A DNA stretch of 64,000 bases from assembly GCF_053078305.1 (NCBI RefSeq), contig NZ_CP166879.1; one strand, 5' to 3'. How positions within the stretch are numbered: position 1 is the first letter of the stretch; every line of letters starts with the position of its first letter. The notes beneath the pieces are model-generated. The model was not told where the DNA came from, did no database searches, and worked only from the letters and a program-made list of their open reading frames with translations. The position numbers were made by a program, and so were the translations under genes. Shown here piece by piece: positions 35,078-44,538 of the stretch.

Positions 35078-37597
35078 TTAAAAATCAGCCTGATTCGGGA
35101 ACAGTTTTTGCCAGATAACTGAAACGTATTTTGCCTGGTAACGCGCATCGTGCAGGGCATTATGGCGTTCACCCTCAAATGTGATGACGTTGCGGGCATC
35201 GAAATCCATCACCAGTCCCAGGGCAACAATCGTTCTTACATCACGATCGTTGTAGTGACGCCACGGGCAGGGGATTTCTTGTCGTTTATATGAACGGCTT
35301 AAAATTACGTTGTCGAAGTTGGCTCCATTTCCCCAGACCTGAACAAAAAACTCACCGGAGTTTTCGTCTATAAATTCCCGTAATTGTAAAAGCGCATCAT
35401 CAAGCGGTATTCGATCAGCTAAAATGGCGGCACGGGCTTCGCCAGAGCGTTGAAGCCACCATTCGATGGTGCTTATGTCTACAGTGCCACCACATGTATC
35501 CATATCAATTATTTTGCTGAATTCTGGCCCCAGTTCTCCGGTTTGCGGATCGAAAAAGACTGCGCCTATTGAGGCTATTGGTGCGTCAGGATTTTTGCCC
35601 ATCGTTTCAAGGTCAATCATCAGGTGATCCCACATTCTGCTGGTGGATGTGCTTTCACGATGACCGTTCACCTTAATTAAGGGATTTGCTGTCTCGCCTG
35701 TTTCATTATTGCCATTGGCATGTTGATCGCCTTCGGTGCACTCCTTGTTCGGGTGTCCGGCACTTTCCATTTCCTCCAGATCTTTTTCCCGGGCTTCATC
35801 CTGGCTTTCTTCGTTGAATGTCTCCTGGTATGTTGCGTCGCCCATCACCGCGCCACAGTCAGGACAGTTGCCGCCACCGCTCTGACCGCAGGCGGTGCAG
35901 ACTTTTTCCTCTTCCTGTTGCGCTACTGGTTCGGATTGTTTCGTTTCTGGCTCGTCTTGTAACGCATTTTGGCTGTTTTGTTCTGCTTTCTGGTCGTTCT
36001 GTTCCGTTTCTTGCTGGTTCTGGTTCACAGAATCGCAGGTTTCAATCCCCTTAACCCATTTCGAATCATTCGGGTCGCTAATCCCTTCAACAAACTCACC
36101 ACGGGAAGCGGCAAGCAATTTGTCGGCATCTGGTCGACTGATGTCTGCTGCCTCCATAATTTTATTTACTTCTTCAGCAGTAACTTTTACCTGTGACTTG
36201 TCATCCAGCGGCTGCGGGTCCTGATGATGTTCAACTGTATCCGCTGCCATTGTTTCAGCCGTTGCCTGTTCATCTGCCATTGCGCCAGATGGCTGCGGTT
36301 TTTCTTCATCATCCTGTTTTCCTTCTTTTGTTACACGCTGAGGGATAGGGGCAGAGGAGCGACCGCAGGCAATATCCACGATTTCCGGATCAGGGTTGGC
36401 ATGATCGGTTTCGGTCAGTACTTTGTTCAGATATTCGGTAACACGGTGGGGAGTAGCCTCGATACCAATTGGTGCTTCTTTCACGGACGCAACTACTATC
36501 GCGCGGGAATAATCCAGGTGACCAGGCATGGCGATGAATTTGTCACGAAAAACAGAAAAGGGCGGCTTATTCTCTGAAACGATTTCTTCAATGCGTTTGG
36601 CGTGTGCCGGATGTGGATTGTAAATATCGATGTCCATTGAACGGGCCAGAACGCCAGCGGCAACGTCACGTTCCACTGACGCATCATCGTGGACAAAACC
36701 TTCACCGCGATCGGTAAGAATTCCTCCGCCAGCATTAGCGCCGGACGGGGTGCGATTGATTTCAGATACGCAATTTCCCTTTGCCCACTCTTTTGTCAAC
36801 AGCCCCTGATCAAGGTAGTCAGTCTTCATCCAGGTGGAAATGAACTTGTCGAATTCTGCCGGGCTGATACGGCGTGTTGTTGCGTGAGTGAATGCCTTTT
36901 CCACCGAATGCGCCAGTCTTCCAAGATGATGGTTTGTCAGCTTATCCAGCTCAGGATGCGAACGTACTGCAGTAAGCAGGCTCTGTATGTTTCCATCTTC
37001 CATATCCATTTCGATGCGGATCACGTCCTTGCGTTGTTCTGGTGTGGCGTGATGTTTGTATTTCTCGTCGAACTCCTGACCAAAGAAGTAGAGGTGCAGG
37101 AAGCGATGGGTAAGACTCAGGGTGGAGACGGGGATTTCACATTCAGGGCAGTCATCGTTGCTGTCCGGGGATTCGCTTTTATCTGCGTTCTCTGTCTGAG
37201 AGTCACTTTGTTCATCGCAGTCACGGCTGACACCTGTAACAGCTTCGCCGCTGGTATTGTCAGTGCTGGCAGGTTTGTCCTGAGCTGAAGGGGAAGGAGC
37301 TATAAATATCATTGTGATACCATCTTCCCCGCCTTTTTCGTAACGGTTGCAGAATTCAGTATCAAACACGCCTTCTGGAGGAAGGTCATTCACAACGGGT
37401 AAATGGACGCGAACAGGTTTTTTAAAGTCGTCCTCGTCATAATCATTATCATCCATTGCGGTAATGCAGCGGGAGATGGCAACAGATAATTTTTTTGCTG
37501 TAGTCCAGTAAAAACCACCTTTAATCCCAAGGCGTTTTCTGACCTTGTCATTTTTTGCTTCGCAATATAGTGCAAAAGTTTCTTTATCAGTGCTCAT
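35078..37597 (-). CDS. Prophage exonuclease, 839 aa, with C-terminal DEDDh-type 3'-5' exonuclease domain (often annotated exodeoxyribonuclease VIII)
   Basis: C-terminal approx. 190 aa carry the exonuclease motifs (MIDLETMG ... NGANFD ... HNALHDARYQA); central region strongly acidic and low-complexity with a CxxC...CxxC pair. Confidence 0.6.
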   Translation of the reverse strand: MSTDKETFALYCEAKNDKVRKRLGIKGGFYWTTAKKLSVAISRCITAMDDNDYDEDDFKKPVRVHLPVVNDLPPEGVFDTEFCNRYEKGGEDGITMIFIAPSPSAQDKPASTDNTSGEAVTGVSRDCDEQSDSQTENADKSESPDSNDDCPECEIPVSTLSLTHRFLHLYFFGQEFDEKYKHHATPEQRKDVIRIEMDMEDGNIQSLLTAVRSHPELDKLTNHHLGRLAHSVEKAFTHATTRRISPAEFDKFISTWMKTDYLDQGLLTKEWAKGNCVSEINRTPSGANAGGGILTDRGEGFVHDDASVERDVAAGVLARSMDIDIYNPHPAHAKRIEEIVSENKPPFSVFRDKFIAMPGHLDYSRAIVVASVKEAPIGIEATPHRVTEYLNKVLTETDHANPDPEIVDIACGRSSAPIPQRVTKEGKQDDEEKPQPSGAMADEQATAETMAADTVEHHQDPQPLDDKSQVKVTAEEVNKIMEAADISRPDADKLLAASRGEFVEGISDPNDSKWVKGIETCDSVNQNQQETEQNDQKAEQNSQNALQDEPETKQSEPVAQQEEEKVCTACGQSGGGNCPDCGAVMGDATYQETFNEESQDEAREKDLEEMESAGHPNKECTEGDQHANGNNETGETANPLIKVNGHRESTSTSRMWDHLMIDLETMGKNPDAPIASIGAVFFDPQTGELGPEFSKIIDMDTCGGTVDISTIEWWLQRSGEARAAILADRIPLDDALLQLREFIDENSGEFFVQVWGNGANFDNVILSRSYKRQEIPCPWRHYNDRDVRTIVALGLVMDFDARNVITFEGERHNALHDARYQAKYVSVIWQKLFPNQADF

Positions 37598-37689
37598 TGA
37601 TAAACCTCATTACTATTTTAAGGTTGTGCGAATCCCTGCCATTGCTGGCATTTTTAATCCGTTTGTATGGCGTTAATATGGCTGGTGGG

Positions 37690-37878
37690 TTATCCAGCCG
37701 GTATTTCGTTATTCAGGTACAGCGATACTTTTTTTAACGGGAGGCATTCGCCAGAAATTTTTTGCTCGTCTCTTGCACGGAGGCATGATTCTTTACTGGC
37801 ATAAATTCCGGTAATCACATTCTGTGGCTCACCCGTTATAAGAAAAACAGTCATTACCAGTGCAAATGCAGAAGTCAC
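37690..37878 (-). CDS. ydfD: YdfD-like small protein (DUF1482)
   Basis: 62-aa ORF immediately downstream of the dicB-like gene; resembles Qin YdfD in length and N-terminal hydrophobic segment. Confidence 0.55.
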   Translation of the reverse strand: MTSAFALVMTVFLITGEPQNVITGIYASKESCLRARDEQKISGECLPLKKVSLYLNNEIPAG

Positions 37879-38063
37879 TGCTGCCCCCCGAAAATACCAA
37901 GTTTAAGAAGGGCAATTCTGGAGAGTATGGAATTATCATTGAGAAGATAAGGCTCATATTTTCTCATCTTAATGGCATCTTCAGTAAACTCCCGGTTACT
38001 GAGCAGAACACCAATATCAAAACACCCTTCAGACGTATTAACGTTTGGTAATAACGTTTCCAT
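37875..38063 (-). CDS. dicB: DicB-like cell-division inhibitor
   Basis: 62-aa ORF METLLPNVNTSEGCFDIGV...FTEDAI... closely resembles K-12 DicB (MKTLLPNVNTSEGCFEIGV...). Confidence 0.7.
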   Translation of the reverse strand: METLLPNVNTSEGCFDIGVLLSNREFTEDAIKMRKYEPYLLNDNSILSRIALLKLGIFGGQQ

Positions 38064-38073
38064 TATCGCGTCC

Positions 38074-38631
38074 TCAACAATGAATTTTTAGTAATTGCTC
38101 CACAGTCATATTTTTAATTGCGCTCCGGTTTACAAGAGTCCAGCCTTGTTTCTCCAGATAAAACTGGAAGGTATCCAGGGTGCAGACCATTGCGCCGTCC
38201 GGAACGGTTTCAGTGAATTTGATATTGCCGTGTTCGTCGAGACGGATAACCAGGGTACGTCCGTCCCCGTGAATCATTTTGTCGGGAGACGGGGCGTTAT
38301 TCTGGCGCAGTTCTTTCTCCATGCGATCGAACTCAGCGATGTAGGCTTCTTTAAATGCAGCGGCTTTTTTGCCGGTGAAGCCCATCACCAGGAAAACGAA
38401 GCCGTTTTTGGTGATTTGGTACATGGGGCGTTTTTCGCCTTTGGCATCGGTGTAGGTAACCGACACAAAATTGTGTTCGTTAAAATTTGATGAGCAGTCT
38501 AAATTGCGAATTTTATCCAGTACTCGCTCGTGACGCTTACCAAAGAACTCTGCAATTGCAACAGACGTAGTGACAGCGCGACCATTTTTGATGGTTACGT
38601 CAGGGTGAGAAAGGGTAGGGATAGTAGCCAT
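38074..38631 (-). CDS. Rha-family phage regulatory protein
   Basis: Translation MATIPTLSHPDVTIKNGRAVTTSVAIAEFFGKRHERVLDKIRNL matches the Rha N-terminal motif; AAGAGG SD upstream; the track's longer ORF (to 38928) crosses a terminator-like hairpin. Confidence 0.6.
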   Translation of the reverse strand: MATIPTLSHPDVTIKNGRAVTTSVAIAEFFGKRHERVLDKIRNLDCSSNFNEHNFVSVTYTDAKGEKRPMYQITKNGFVFLVMGFTGKKAAAFKEAYIAEFDRMEKELRQNNAPSPDKMIHGDGRTLVIRLDEHGNIKFTETVPDGAMVCTLDTFQFYLEKQGWTLVNRSAIKNMTVEQLLKIHC

Positions 38632-38794
38632 AATGGCAGCCTCTTGGTTGAGTATTAATAACTCACCACCAAGGTTTTCCACGACCATAAGGGTGGTGAG
38701 ACGTACAGGGGTGGAAATACCGGTCAACCAAGAATCCGGCCAGCCTTGCGGCTGCCCTGCACGCCCCACCATAATCTGAATGTGGCTGTGCATT

Positions 38795-38823
38795 ACGCAT
38801 AAAAAAACCGCCTGAGCGCGGTT
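38795..38823 (-). terminator. Weak intrinsic terminator between the DicF-like RNA and the Rha-like gene
   Basis: Minus-strand AACCGCGCTCAGGCGG followed by TTTTTTT; stem only 4-5 bp. Confidence 0.3.
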
Positions 38824-39119
38824 ATGCGCTTGATTGAATTCCGGGTTTCCACGCCCGGCACCCGCTTTATGAGGTGCAGATGAACTATAATTCCACCCGT
38901 TCTGGTTTTCAATAGCTACATTCAACATTTTCTCTTACCCTTCATCACCGAAGTGAACTTTGTTGATGCAGTGCCTGGTGCCTCCAGGTGACGTTAACCA
39001 GTTAACAATTAACGCCGGAATACAGAAGTATGCCCGTTACGCCCCGTAAAAGACCACTTTACGGTTTTAACTGTTCCGCGTGCGCTTAGCCGCATTCACC
39101 GCATCACAAAATTCACTTT

Positions 39120-39177
39120 AAAAAGGGTGGCAGAGCAGTCACGGAGTAGAACTGATGCCACCAAAGACTACACATGG
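39120..39177 (-). ncRNA. dicF: DicF-like small RNA
   Basis: Minus strand reads ...GGTGGCATCAGTTCTACTCCGTGACTGCTCTGCCACCCTTTTT, near-identical to the 3' two-thirds of K-12 DicF including its terminator hairpin; 5' segment diverges. Confidence 0.55.
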
Positions 39178-39428
39178 GTATTGTGGCGGGGCTGTCACTT
39201 AAGCGTATGGTCAACCTGACAACCCGGTGCATTTTCTGGAGCAATGGAGGAAACCCCAGCCATACTTACCGCCGCGCCATTTCGCGGAGTGCCACAACCG
39301 GAAGCGCACGTTCGAAGAAATCTAACGACAAGCCTTCTAAGGGAAAGAGCTTCGCCGTACGCTTTCGCGTTATGCCCTGACTTTTCAGGGTAAATTAACC
39401 AGTGGCAACCTGTTTTTACTGGTGCTAA

Positions 39429-39581
39429 TCAGTTAGTGTTTCTTGCTAACCAGCGACGCGCGCCAGCTTCGGTTTTAAACTTTTTACTTTTGGTATACGT
39501 CATCGCGGTAAACGTGCCGTCCTGGTTAGGGAACACACCGCATACCAGAGATTCGTTGTTGCCAAGATTGAGCGTATCCAT
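39429..39581 (-). CDS. ydfA: YdfA-like small protein (DUF1391)
   Basis: 50-aa ORF MDTLNLGNNESLVCGVFPNQDGTFTAMTYTKSK... downstream of the dicA-like gene, as in Qin. Confidence 0.55.
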   Translation of the reverse strand: MDTLNLGNNESLVCGVFPNQDGTFTAMTYTKSKKFKTEAGARRWLARNTN

Positions 39582-39771
39582 GTTGACCTCATTTCCCCTT
39601 AACGCCGGGGTAGCGGAACTGTTTGCTGAGAACACCGTGCGGTGTCTTGATGGATGGTAATTTAGTTTTCTCATTGCGCTTGGTCAAATGTTTTTGATGA
39701 GAAATCTCAATATTTAATACAAAACAAAGCCAATACATTGAAATGTAAGGCTTTAAATTTTGTGAAGGGGG

Positions 39772-40179
39772 TTATTGATGTTTGTTACGTTTGCGAGCTT
39801 CTAGTAGCTCGGTGAATAGGCGATTAAAATTCTCAACGCGGGCACGGAGTTCGCTGATCTGTGCTTGCTGCTCTGATTTTGGAAGTGCGCGATACAATCG
39901 CAACATCTCCAACTCATCTTCCGATAAGTCTAAGGCGCTGTTGAGTGCAACTGGTGGATCTGGTGTTTTATCCTCGTCACCAAACAGTATCCAAGTTGGT
40001 GAACATTGCAATACCTCAGCTAGGCGATGCAAATTTTGCCCGCGCGGGGCTGTATGGTCGCTTTCCCATAGTGAAATTGATGAGCCAGATACGCCAGCAG
40101 CTTTGCTTAAATCGTTTTGACTTAAACCAACCTGTTTGCGTCTTTCTCTAATTCGTTGACCTAAAGTTTTCTCGTTCAT
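39772..40179 (-). CDS. dicA: DicA-like HTH (XRE family) prophage repressor
   Basis: 135-aa ORF with N-terminal HTH (LSQNDLSKAAGVSGSSISLWE) and the DicA-like C-terminal segment VLQCSPTWILFGDEDK; divergent from the Cro-like gene. Confidence 0.8.
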   Translation of the reverse strand: MNEKTLGQRIRERRKQVGLSQNDLSKAAGVSGSSISLWESDHTAPRGQNLHRLAEVLQCSPTWILFGDEDKTPDPPVALNSALDLSEDELEMLRLYRALPKSEQQAQISELRARVENFNRLFTELLEARKRNKHQ

Positions 40180-40256
40180 ATTTAGATATCTTAATAACCC
40201 TTGACTTGAGATTCCTTGAGTGATTACTATTGAGAAAACTCAAGCCTGGAGGGGTG
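40180..40256. promoter_or_regulatory. Immunity-region operator with divergent promoters
   Basis: Repeated half-sites ACTTGAG...TTGAGT...TTGAG...CTCAAG between the divergent dicA-like and dicC-like genes. Confidence 0.5.
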
Positions 40257-40484
40257 ATGTTTAAATCAGACGTAATTAATTTTTATGGGACGAAAGCCAA
40301 AGTAGCGAAAGCTGCTGGTGTTGATCCATCTGCTGTTTCTCAATGGGGGGAACTGGTCCCTGAAGGTCGCGCGATGCGCCTGCAAGAGGCATCCGGCGGG
40401 GAGCTTCAGTATGACCCCAAAGTTTATGACGAATATCGTAAGACGAAGCGGGCGGGGCGGGTGAACAATGAAAATCACTCCTGA
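40257..40484 (+). CDS. dicC: DicC-like Cro-type regulator
   Basis: Translation MFKSDVINFYGTKAKVAKAAGVDPSAVSQWGELVPEGRAMRLQEASGGELQYDP resembles DicC; start set to the internal ATG. Confidence 0.7.
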   Translation: MFKSDVINFYGTKAKVAKAAGVDPSAVSQWGELVPEGRAMRLQEASGGELQYDPKVYDEYRKTKRAGRVNNENHS

Positions 40485-40989
40485 ACAGGTTTGCGAGGCT
40501 CTGGATGCCTGGGTATGCAGACCAGGAATGACACAGGAGCAGGCGACGATATTAATCACCGAAGCATTCTGGGATCTGAAAGAGCGCCCGAACATCGATG
40601 TTCAGCGTGTCACGTTTGATGATGGCGCGGTTGATCAACGGGCGCTTGGCGTTAACCGGGTGAAGATATTCGAACGCTGGAAGGCTATCGACACCAGGGA
40701 TAAGCGTGAAAAATTCACGGCGCTGATTCCGGCAATTATGGAGGCTATCCGGATTAGTGATTTCAGGTTGTACCGCGAAATTACTGACGGAAAAAGCATT
40801 ACGTACATGATTGCCGGGTTAAACAAAGAATATGGCGATGTGGTGGAGTCCGGGCTGCTTTTTGCAGATCCAGCTGTTGTGGAACGTGAGACAGACGAGC
40901 TTATAGAAAAAGCAATCGCTTTCAAGCGTGCCTATCGTCACCAGTACCAACAAAAAGCCGGATGGAATTATGAGCCTTCTTTTTGCTGA
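40468..40989 (+). CDS. YdaT-like prophage protein
   Basis: 173-aa ORF MKITPEQVCEAL... overlapping the dicC-like 3' end; resembles Rac YdaT in N-terminus and the ...REKFTALIPAIMEAI... segment. Confidence 0.45.
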   Translation: MKITPEQVCEALDAWVCRPGMTQEQATILITEAFWDLKERPNIDVQRVTFDDGAVDQRALGVNRVKIFERWKAIDTRDKREKFTALIPAIMEAIRISDFRLYREITDGKSITYMIAGLNKEYGDVVESGLLFADPAVVERETDELIEKAIAFKRAYRHQYQQKAGWNYEPSFC

Positions 40990-41935
40990 ACGCCCGCTGG
41001 TTATAAACACACAGCTGGCGATGAAGATTGGTTTAAACGAAGCCATTGTGTTGCAGCAACTGCATTACTGGTTAAGGGATACCAGTTCCGGCATGGAATG
41101 TGATGGCGTTCGCTGGATTTACAACACAACGGAACAATGGCTGGAACAGTTTCCGTTCTGGTCAGAGTCAACGTTAAAGCGTGCGTTTGCAAGTCTGAAA
41201 GCGCTGGGGCTTTTGCGTAGCGAAAAGCTCAATAAATCGAAGCGTGATATGACTAATTTTTACACAATTAACTACGATAGCGCGCTTTTAGATGATGGCA
41301 AAGTGAACGAATCCATCGGGGCAAAATGCGCCACTCCATCAGGTCAAAATGACACGATGGAAGAGGTCAAAATGAAACGTTCCATTGGTTCAAAACGGCC
41401 CAATGTCATCAGGTCAAAATGGCCCGATGATCCTACAGAGAATACAACAGAGAATACAACAGAGAATAAAAAACTCTCTTGTCCGGACGCTTCGCAACCG
41501 GACGAGTTGACGGCTGAACAGGCGTTTTTAACCCGCCATCCTGATGCAGTTGTGTTCAGCGTGAAAAAACGCCAGTGGGGAACCCGGGAGGATTTGACAT
41601 GTGCGCAGTGGATCTGGGGGCGGGTTGTAAACCTGTACGAACAGGCTGCCAGTGACGATGGTGAGATCACGCGACCGAAAGAGCCCAACTGGACGGCGTG
41701 GGCCAATGACGTGCGCACAATGCGGATGCTGGATGGAAGAAGTCACAGACAAATTTGCGAAATGTTCAGTCGGGCACAACGGGATCCGTTCTGGATAAAA
41801 AACATCAAGAGCCCGGAAAAACTCCGTGAGAAATGGGATGAACTGGTTATTCGACTGTGGCGTGGTCCCGCGCAGCGTTGCGTGAATCATATTTCTGAAC
41901 CGGATACCGAAATTCCGCCGGGTTTCAGGGGGTAG
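40970..41935 (+). CDS. Phage replication initiation protein (O-like replisome organiser)
   Basis: Translation MSLLFAERPLVINTQLAMKIGLNEAIVLQQLHYW...; internal repeat-encoded linker; followed by a DnaC-like loader. Confidence 0.6.
   Translation: MSLLFAERPLVINTQLAMKIGLNEAIVLQQLHYWLRDTSSGMECDGVRWIYNTTEQWLEQFPFWSESTLKRAFASLKALGLLRSEKLNKSKRDMTNFYTINYDSALLDDGKVNESIGAKCATPSGQNDTMEEVKMKRSIGSKRPNVIRSKWPDDPTENTTENTTENKKLSCPDASQPDELTAEQAFLTRHPDAVVFSVKKRQWGTREDLTCAQWIWGRVVNLYEQAASDDGEITRPKEPNWTAWANDVRTMRMLDGRSHRQICEMFSRAQRDPFWIKNIKSPEKLREKWDELVIRLWRGPAQRCVNHISEPDTEIPPGFRG
41318..41475 (+). repeat. Iteron-like direct repeats plus 12-bp tandem repeats (candidate ori) inside the replication gene
   Basis: GGTCAAAATG at 41342, 41365 and 41412, variants GGGCAAAATG and GGTTCAAAACGG, followed by ACAGAGAATACA in about 2.7 tandem copies (41436-41468). 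Confidence 0.55.
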
Positions 41936-41941
41936 CGCACC

Positions 41942-42682
41942 ATGAAAAACATTACGTCAGGTGGTGTTCTGGCAAGAGTCAGCAGATTTGTGCCGCAGGA
42001 TGCAATCCCTCCGTACCGTACGGTGGCGGAGTGGCGGGAATGGCAGCTTGCTGAAGGGCGTAAGCGAAGCGAGGAGGTTAATCGTCTGAATCATCAGACG
42101 CGGGTTGAAAAAATCATTAACCGCTCCGGTATCCAGCTGCTTCACCGGAAGTGTACGTTCGGTAACTACCGGGTGCAGAACGATGGTCAGCGCCATGCCC
42201 TGAGTCAGGCGAAATCCATTGTGGCAGAGCTGGAAGGCGGCTGTACGAATTTTGTTTTCAGTGGCAGGCCTGGCACAGGAAAAAACCACCTGGCGGCGGC
42301 TATTGGCAACCACCTTCTGGCGAAAGGTCGCAGTGTGATTGTGATAACAGTGGCGGATGTGATGCTGGCGTTACATGGCAGCTACGACAACAAAAACTCG
42401 GGCGAAAAATTTTTGCAGGGATTGTGTGGCGTTGACCTGCTGGTACTGGATGAAATTGGCATGCAACGGGATACGCGTAATGAGCAGGTCACGCTTAATC
42501 AGATTGTTGACCGCAGAACGGCATCGTTACTCAGTGTGGGGATGCTGACAAATCTTAATCATGCAGCGATGAATACACTTCTCGGCGAGCGGGTAATGGA
42601 CCGCATGTCCATGAACGGTGGTCGCTGGGTGACTTTTAACTGGGAGAGCTGGCGTCCGAACGTCAGCCAGCACAGGAACTGA
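41942..42682 (+). CDS. DnaC-like helicase loader (IstB-type AAA+ ATPase)
   Basis: Walker [16 protein letters not shown] and Walker [10 protein letters not shown]. Confidence 0.8.
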   Translation: MKNITSGGVLARVSRFVPQDAIPPYRTVAEWREWQLAEGRKRSEEVNRLNHQTRVEKIINRSGIQLLHRKCTFGNYRVQNDGQRHALSQAKSIVAELEGGCTNFVFSGRPGTGKNHLAAAIGNHLLAKGRSVIVITVADVMLALHGSYDNKNSGEKFLQGLCGVDLLVLDEIGMQRDTRNEQVTLNQIVDRRTASLLSVGMLTNLNHAAMNTLLGERVMDRMSMNGGRWVTFNWESWRPNVSQHRN

Positions 42683-42711
42683 GAAGTAATTTTTATCCGG
42701 AGGAAATTTTA

Positions 42712-43473
42712 ATGGAAACCGTATTGCATGCACTGAAAGCGATGGGTAAAGCCAATTCTGTTGAACTGGCGGCGCGGCTTGATATCAGCCGTGAAGAAGT
42801 TCTCAACGAACTGTGGGAACTCAAAAAAAATGGCGTTGTTGATAAAACGGGTCACACCTGGTTTCTGGCTGGTGAAGGTGAATCCGGGGTAACCGAAGAG
42901 CAGCCAGCACAGTCTGAAGTACCGGATGTGCTGACCGGGGAGGTCGAACAAAAAGTTACCGCGGACATGATGATTGAGTTTATCTGTCAGGATGGGGCTA
43001 AAACGTGTGAGGAACTGGCGGATAAGTTCGGTGTTAGCATTCGCAAGGTTGCTTCCACGTTGGCGGTCGTAACAGCAACGGGGCGCCTGGCACGCGTAAA
43101 TCAGAACGGTAAATTTCGTTACTGCATACCGGGCGCTGATTTACCGGCAGAGCCGGAAGCTGCATCCGTAGCGGAAACCGATGGTAAAGCCTTTCCTCAG
43201 CCAGCAGGTGTTGCGTTACCAGTCCGGGAAGCTGCAACACAGGAAGAAATAAAAACGGAAAGTGTGGCGGTCACAGTGCAGTCACAGCCGTCGTTCACCA
43301 GAAAGCATCCGGATGGTCTGATTTTACCATCGCTGCATGTGGCTAACCGCGAGCTGCGCCGGGCAAAAGGTCAGGTTCAGAAGTGGGAGCGAGTCTGCGC
43401 CGCGCTGCGGGAGCTGAACAAGTGCCGGGATATTCTCCGGGATATTACCGCCACCAGAGAACACCAGCGGTGA
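42712..43473 (+). CDS. Hypothetical phage protein with N-terminal winged-helix-like segment
   Basis: 253-aa ORF; no family recognised. Confidence 0.5.
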   Translation: METVLHALKAMGKANSVELAARLDISREEVLNELWELKKNGVVDKTGHTWFLAGEGESGVTEEQPAQSEVPDVLTGEVEQKVTADMMIEFICQDGAKTCEELADKFGVSIRKVASTLAVVTATGRLARVNQNGKFRYCIPGADLPAEPEAASVAETDGKAFPQPAGVALPVREAATQEEIKTESVAVTVQSQPSFTRKHPDGLILPSLHVANRELRRAKGQVQKWERVCAALRELNKCRDILRDITATREHQR

Positions 43474-43532
43474 GTGGGTGGAAGACGTGGTGCCGGGCTG
43501 AAATTCTGATACTCCGGCAGTGCGCGGGAACA

Positions 43533-43787
43533 ATGAAGGTAAAAAGCATTGGCGCACTTATCGGACGAACTGAAGCGGCAGTGAGAACGAAGGCACGGGA
43601 GTTGGGCATCAGCATGATGTTACGTGGTGATTTTCACCCGTCGGCAAAATATTCACAACGTGATATTGAGCTGGCGCGGCAACTGCATCAGCGCGGTGTA
43701 CCCCGACGGGAAATTGCCGAAAAGTTCGGAATGAAGTTGCGCACAGTGAATAACTACGTTTATTTCGACAGGAGGGTTCAGGCGTGA
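43533..43787 (+). CDS. Hypothetical small protein (start uncertain)
   Basis: Frame open from 43383; first ATG after the upstream stop is at 43533; possible HTH (RREIAEKFGMKLRTVNNYV). Confidence 0.35.
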   Translation: MKVKSIGALIGRTEAAVRTKARELGISMMLRGDFHPSAKYSQRDIELARQLHQRGVPRREIAEKFGMKLRTVNNYVYFDRRVQA

Positions 43788-44080
43788 GGGTGAGAATTTA
43801 TATCGCCGGTCCGATGACGGGATATGAAAATTTCAACCGCGAGGCGTTTCACAGGGCGGAAGAAGCACTGAAACGGGAAGGGCATACCGTTTTAAACCCG
43901 GCAGTACTTCCGGACGGGCTGACTCAGCCGCAGTACATGGATATTTGCATGGCAATGATTCGTTGTGTGGATGCGGTTTATATGCTGAAAGGCTGGCAGC
44001 GGTCGGCAGGCGCTAAGGCAGAGCTGGCACTGGCGGAGAAACTGGGGCATGCGGTGATTTATCAGGAGGTGGCTCAATGA
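43784..44080 (+). CDS. DUF4406-type protein (nucleoside 2-deoxyribosyltransferase-like fold)
   Basis: Translation MRVRIYIAGPMTGYENFNREAFHRAEEALKREGHTVLNPA fits the N-terminal motif of this family. Confidence 0.6.
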   Translation: MRVRIYIAGPMTGYENFNREAFHRAEEALKREGHTVLNPAVLPDGLTQPQYMDICMAMIRCVDAVYMLKGWQRSAGAKAELALAEKLGHAVIYQEVAQ

Positions 44081-44538
44081 GAGAGGTTAACTATGAGGCG
44101 CTTCGTGAGGCAGCACAAAACTATCAGTCGACGCTGGCGTGGTATCAGGCTATCCCGGACAGCCCAAATGCTGAACGGGATTGTGATGCGGCTCTTGCTG
44201 CGTTTAAGCGTCACATCCGTCATCGGGAAGCGGATATTATCGCTGATTTGCTGGATGGACTGGAAGAAGCAAAATCACAACTCAACGAGCAACGTGAGTA
44301 TTACGAAGGTGTTATCTCGGATGGGAGTAAGCGCATTGCTGAACTGGAAGCGCGGGAAGTTCAATTACCGACTCGCTACGACCTTCGATATGGACACCCG
44401 ATAAATGCAGATGAGCGACAAGTCATGATACCTAAAGAAAATGGCAGTTGGCTTTACCTGATTGACCTAGAACACGCATTACGCGTCGCTGGCATTCGCA
44501 TCAAAGGAGAGGAGCATGGAAATAAAACCAGAGGATGA
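44077..44538 (+). CDS. Hypothetical phage protein (Ead/Ea22-like, coiled-coil)
   Basis: 153-aa ORF overlapping neighbours by 4 nt; coiled-coil centre; family assignment tentative. Confidence 0.45.
   Translation: MREVNYEALREAAQNYQSTLAWYQAIPDSPNAERDCDAALAAFKRHIRHREADIIADLLDGLEEAKSQLNEQREYYEGVISDGSKRIAELEAREVQLPTRYDLRYGHPINADERQVMIPKENGSWLYLIDLEHALRVAGIRIKGEEHGNKTRG

Noticed and set aside
35720-37288. Multiple + strand ORFs (80-199 aa) inside the 839-aa exonuclease gene
   Set aside because: Overlap the long minus-strand gene; the low-complexity composition produces open frames on the opposite strand.
41436-41468. Short tandem repeat considered as a CRISPR array
   Set aside because: Only about 2.7 copies of a 12-bp unit with no spacers, inside a coding sequence; interpreted as part of an iteron/ori region.
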